Assembly (NCBI RefSeq): GCF_009914755.1
Contig: NC_060925.1
Direction: 5' to 3' (one strand)
Source: the human T2T-CHM13v2.0 reference genome, Homo sapiens
DNA length: 64,000 nt
A model generated the notes under the pieces. The model ran no database searches. It was not told the origin of the DNA and worked only from the letters and a program-made list of their open reading frames with translations. This document shows, one piece after another, positions 58,910 through 64,000 of the stretch. The stretch's first letter is position 1, and each line of letters starts with the position of its first letter. Both the position numbers and the translations under genes were made by a program.

Positions 58910-59456
58910 TGTATTAGGGTTCCCTAGAGGGACAGAACTAATAGGAGATACCTATCTATTTATCTATCTATCTATCTATGGAGTTTATTAAGTATTAACT
59001 TATTTATATAACTCCATATATATGGAGTTTATTAAGTATTAACTTATATATATAAAATTCCATATATATATATGTGGACTTTATTAAGTATTAACTTACG
59101 TGATCACAAGTTCCCCCAGTAGGTTGTCTGCAAGCTTGAGGAACAAGGAGACAAGTCTGAGTCTCAAAACTAAAGAACTTGGAGTCCGATATTTGAAAGC
59201 AGGAAACATCCAGCACAGGAGAAAGATGCAGGTTGGGGGGCTAAGCCAGTCTTACTTTTTGGCGTTTTTCTGCCTGCTTTATATTCACTGGCAGCTGATT
59301 AGGTTGTGCCCACCAGATTACGGGTGGGTCTGCCTTCCTTCTTCAGCCCACTGACTCAAATGTTAATCTCCTTTGGCAACACCCTCACAGACACCCAAGA
59401 TCAATACTTTGCATCCTTCAAACCAATCAAGTTGATGCTTGGTATTAACCATCATA
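58910..59456 (-). mobile_element. MLT2A1-like ERVL solo LTR with an internal triplication
   Basis: tgtattagggttccctagagggacagaactaatagga...ctgactcaaatgttaatctcctttggcaacaccctcacagacac...attaaccatca. Confidence 0.92.
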
Positions 59457-59889
59457 GCACTTTAATCTACCTAACATAGCTAATACATTTTAGAATTTAA
59501 TTTTTAATTCGCTTTCTAATATAGTCAGTTGTGTTACACATTTATAGCAGGAAAGTTCAGTAGACTTTGGTCTTTTTTTCCTGTCTTTGAACTCATTTGG
59601 ATACACTGTCATGAGGAGTTATTAAAGAAAAATAATAATTCTGTACTGAGCAAACATTAACTTGAGCTATGTGAAATGACTTATATTAGGCCATTTTAAA
59701 ACTAAAATAATGGGAGTTAATATTACTAATAATTATTATCATAAACTTATTGATTTTCCCCCAAATTCAATGTTTTTGTCACAATTTGAATATTAAAGCT
59801 CTGTACTCATTAACTCCTGGAAGTTCATGTGGTCAATAATGGGCTTTTCTTATCATCTAGTTGGATGATGTCACATTTTTGGACTTCAT

Positions 59890-60335
59890 TGTCTTAGTCT
59901 GTTGTTGCTGTAACAGAATACCTGAGATTGGGTAGTTTATGAAGAAAATAAGTTTATTTATCTCGTGGTTCTGCAGGTGGGGAGTTCGAGGGACATGGTG
60001 CTGACATCTGCTCAGCTTCTGGTGGGGGCTTTTTGCTGTGTCAAAATATGGCAGAAGGTCAAAGGGGAAGTGGCATGTGCAAAAATGGACCAAACACAAA
60101 AAGAAACTCCCTTTATAACAAACCACTCTCACGGGAACTAATCCATTCCTGTGATAACTAATCAAGTCTCATGAGAGCCGGAATTCACTACCTAGAGAAG
60201 ACATTAATCTATTAATGAGGGTTGCAACCCCTAGATCTAAATGCCTTCCACTAGGCTCCGCCTCCCAACACTACACATTGAATAGCAAGCCTCAACATAA
60301 GTTTTGGTGGAAAAAATCACATCCAAATCATAGCA
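59890..60335 (-). mobile_element. MSTB/C-type MaLR solo LTR
   Basis: tgtcttagtc...catccaaatcatagca; flanks ttcat/ctcat. Confidence 0.85.
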
Positions 60336-60921
60336 CTCATAGTGAACATATCAGTAAAAACATATTTGTGTCTTCTTTTTAGGATGACTATTTTACTTTT
60401 CAGGAGTGTATTGACCTGTTTTACAAACTCAAGTCAAAATAAAATGCATCAGTAGTAATTTTGTCTCCTTTATTTTGCTAAAGACCAACAGAACTCACAT
60501 TCCCTGTGTCCACTGGGACAGGTCTTGAGAATGCCCTTGTGCTCAGTCCAGTTCACAAGGATTTATTGAACTCCTGTTATGTGCCAGAGAGTGAGCCAAG
60601 TCTTGGGAATACAAAAATGACTATGTGAGAATAGGTGAGTAGGTGAGAATAGGGCCACATGTTGCAGCATTAAAGGTTAAAAAAGTTTTAAGTAATTCTG
60701 TGGAACTCTCCACAACTAATAACACATTCTAACGATAATTAATTCAACAAATGTTTACAAAGCCCTGCCACATGCCAGGCACTGTGTTAGGCACTGTGTA
60801 TCCAACAGGACATAACAGTGAATAAGACATGTGCTTTCCCTGGCCATCTGAAACACAGCACTTTCGTGACACATATTGGCATTAAAAAATGAATCATTTG
60901 TAATTGTCTTCACTTTGTTTT

Positions 60922-63205
60922 TTCATTAATAGATAATAATTGTATATATGGGGTACATGTGATATTTTGATAAATGTATACAATGTGTTATGATCTAATC
61001 AGGATAATTGGGATACTCATCATGTCAAACATTTATCATTCTTGTGTTAGGAACATTCCATTCCAAATCTTCTCTTCCAGCTATTTTGAAATGCATAGCA
61101 AATTATTGTTAACCATAGTCACCTTACTGCGCTATTGACCACTAGAACTTGTTCCTTCTATATAACTGTATTTTTATACTTGTTAGCTAAACTGTCTCCA
61201 TCCTCCACTTCCCCTGTATCTTTCCCAGCCTCTGGTAACCATCAATCAACTCTCTCCTTTATGAGAGCCACTATTTTAGCTCCCACATATGAGTAAGAGC
61301 ATACAATATTTACCTTTCTGTGCCTGTGTTATTTCACTTCACATAATATCTTCCAGTTCCACCTATTTTGCTGCAAATGACAGGATTTTATTCTTTTTTT
61401 ATAGATAAATAATATTCCAATGTGTATATATACACACCATATTTTCTTTATCCATTCATCCATCGATGGACATTTAGGCCAGTTTCATATGTTGGTTATT
61501 GTGAATAGTGCTGCAATAAACATGGGAATGCAGATATCTCTTTTTGACAGACTGATTTCCTTTCTTTTAGAGATATTCCCAGAAGTGGGATTGCTGGGTT
61601 ATATAGTATTTCTTCTATTTTGAGTTTTTTGAGGAATCTTTATACTGTTTTCCATAATGGCTATATTAATTTCCATTCCCACCAACAGTATATGAGAGTT
61701 CCATTTTCTCCACATTTTTAAAAAACAGAATCTGTTATATTTTTTGTCTTTTTGATAATAGCCATTTTAACTGGGGTGAGATGATATCTCATTGTGGTTT
61801 TGATTGCATTTCCCTGATGTTAACATTTTTCATATATGTGTAGGCCATTTGTACATCTTCTTTTGAGGAACATTTATTTAGATCACTTGCTCATTTAAAA
61901 ACTGGATTATTATTATTTTTACTGTTGTATTGCTTGAGTTCCTTATACATTCTGATTATTAATCCCTTGTCAGATTAATAGTTTGAAAATATTTTCTCCC
62001 ATTCTGTAGGTTGTTTTTTCACTCTATTGATTGTTTCCTTTGCTGTGCAGAAGCTTTTTGGTTTTATATAATCCCATTTGTCTATTTTTGCCTTTTGAGA
62101 TCTTACAATAATTTTTTTGTTGCCCAGACCATTGTCTTGAAGTGTTTCCCCAATGTTTTCTTCCACCAGTTTTGTAGTTGCAATTCTAATATTTAAGTCT
62201 TTAATCCACTTTGAATTAAGTTTTGTATATAATGAGAAGTAGGGGTCTAGTTTCATTCATCTGCATATGGATATCCAGTTTTCCGAGCCCCATTTATTGA
62301 AGAGACTGTCTTTTTCCCAACGTATGCCCTTGGCACTTTCATTTAAAATGAGTTGGCTATTACTGTGTGGACATATTTCTGGATTCTTTTTTCTGTTCCA
62401 TTGGTCTATATGTCTGTTTTTATGCCAGAACCATGCTGTTTTGGTTACTATAGCTTTATAGTATATTTAGAAGTAGTGTAATGCCTCTGGCTTTGTTCAC
62501 AAAGATTGGTAGAATTTCTATATGCCAACAGTGAACATGCTGAAAGAAAAATTAAAAAAGCAATCTCATTTACAGTAGCTACATAAATACATAGAAATAC
62601 ATTTAACCAAGGAAGTGAAAGATCTCTACAATACAAACTATACAGCCAGGTGTGGTGGCACATGCCTATAATCCCAGCACTTTGGGAGGCTGAAGCGGGT
62701 GGATCAAGAGGTCAGGAGATCGAGACCATCCTGGCCAACACGGTGAAACCCCATCTTTATTAAAAATACAAAAATTAGTCAGGCGTGGTAGTGTGTGCCT
62801 GTAGCTCCAGCTACTCAGGAGGCTGAGGCAGGAGAATTGCTTGAACCCAGGAGACAGAGGTTGCAGTGAGCCAAGACTGAGCCACTGAACTCCAGCCTGG
62901 TGACACAGTGAGACTCCATCTCAGAAAAAAACAAACAAACAAACACACAAACAAAAAAAACTATAAAATGCTAATGTAAAAAATTGAAGAGGACACCACA
63001 AAAAAAAAAGAGAAGATACCCCTTGTTCATGGATTGGAAGAATTAATATTGTTCTTCCATACTACCCAAAGTGATTTACAGATTCAGTGCAATTCCTATT
63101 AAAATACCAACGACATTCACAGAAATAAAAAAAATAGTTCTAAAACTTGTATAGAACCACAAAATAGCTCAAATAGTGAAAGCAATCATGAGCAAAAAGA
63201 ACAAA
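60922..63205 (-). mobile_element. 5'-inverted L1MA (MA2-4-like): minus-strand 3' part 60922-62498, inverted plus-strand part 62499-63205
   Basis: L1MA-type 3'UTR; [24 protein letters not shown]; exact 16-bp TSD gtcttcactttgtttt (60906-60921 and 63206-63221). Confidence 0.93.
62644..62960 (+). mobile_element. AluSc-like inside the inverted L1 segment
   Basis: ggagatcgagaccatcctggccaac and agcctggtgac diagnostics; TSD aaactata. Confidence 0.95.
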
Positions 63206-64000
63206 GTCTTCACTTTGTTTTGCTCACTGCTGCTGGGGTGAGCTCTGTGGAACAGGAATCTGATTATGTCAATTTCTTTGCATAAAAACTTTGAGTGGTA
63301 TTCTCATTGCCTGATAAGAAAAGGCCAAATTCATTGGTATGGATTTGCACTCTGACCTCAGATTAATTTTCCAGTTTCTATTCCTTCTCATAAGTCCTTG
63401 GCTGTCCACATTTGTCCTTTTGTCAAACTTCTACTCACTCATATGTAACTTCTTCAATGACCTCCCTAGCATAGTTCACTATGTGTAACGCCGTAATCTG
63501 CTTATATACTATATCACTTTACTACAGTTATTTTTGTGTCAGTATACTGGGCTAGATGACAAAGTCTTTGAAAGGTTCTAAACTGGAAGCAGCTTTTGTT
63601 TAAATTATCTCCAACACTGAAACTCCATCTTTCTTCCTAGAGGGTTGTTTTTGTTTACTGTTGCACCTTCCCAAGGACTTCTATGTTCAAGATCTTCTCA
63701 CGAACTTAGAATTACCTTGTGGAGCATTCAGGGCCAGCAGAATTATGTCCAGTTCACAGTCAAAGAGTCTGAAGCACAGATGCATGAAGTGCTTGTTTCA
63801 AAATAATTAAAGTACTGGGATTATGAAAATTCTCACTGTTGCCTATTCGTATCCATTCTACTGCTTGTCCACATGAAAGATTACATATAATTACTTTCCT
63901 GTCTATAAAATTCTAGTCATATAAGAAGTTGAACCCAAGTCATGGCCTGTGTATTAGACTGACTATCTATAAACTCAATAAAATAGAATTTCTTTATATA

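Noticed and set aside
58978-59098. Repeat-spacer pattern superficially like a CRISPR array
   Set aside because: Eukaryotic LTR context, spacers are related AT-rich sequence, only three units, and no cas genes.

Overview
AT-rich, CpG-depleted primate (very likely human) intronic or intergenic DNA made largely of dead transposable elements. I find no protein-coding host gene, CRISPR array, tRNA or intact RNA gene. Every ORF I could assign is an L1, Alu or LTR remnant or a low-complexity artefact, and the other short ORFs are unrecognised and look like chance. Contents: two 5'-inverted (twin-primed) L1s, a near-full-length L1PA7/8-like element nested in an older L1, eight Alus, many MaLR/ERVL/ERV1 solo LTRs, DNA-transposon MITEs, and L2/MIR debris. 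The less ordinary items are (1) a tailless, TSD-flanked 5S rRNA retropseudogene, (2) an ancient CR1/L3 relic still showing both endonuclease and RT motifs, (3) a ~190-bp inverted duplication between two decayed L1 fragments, and (4) four independent L1 rearrangement or insertion breakpoints within the same ~20 nt of ORF2. I cannot support a new biological system here; the findings are leads. Subfamily names are recalled by eye from consensus sequences, and boundaries without TSDs are approximate.
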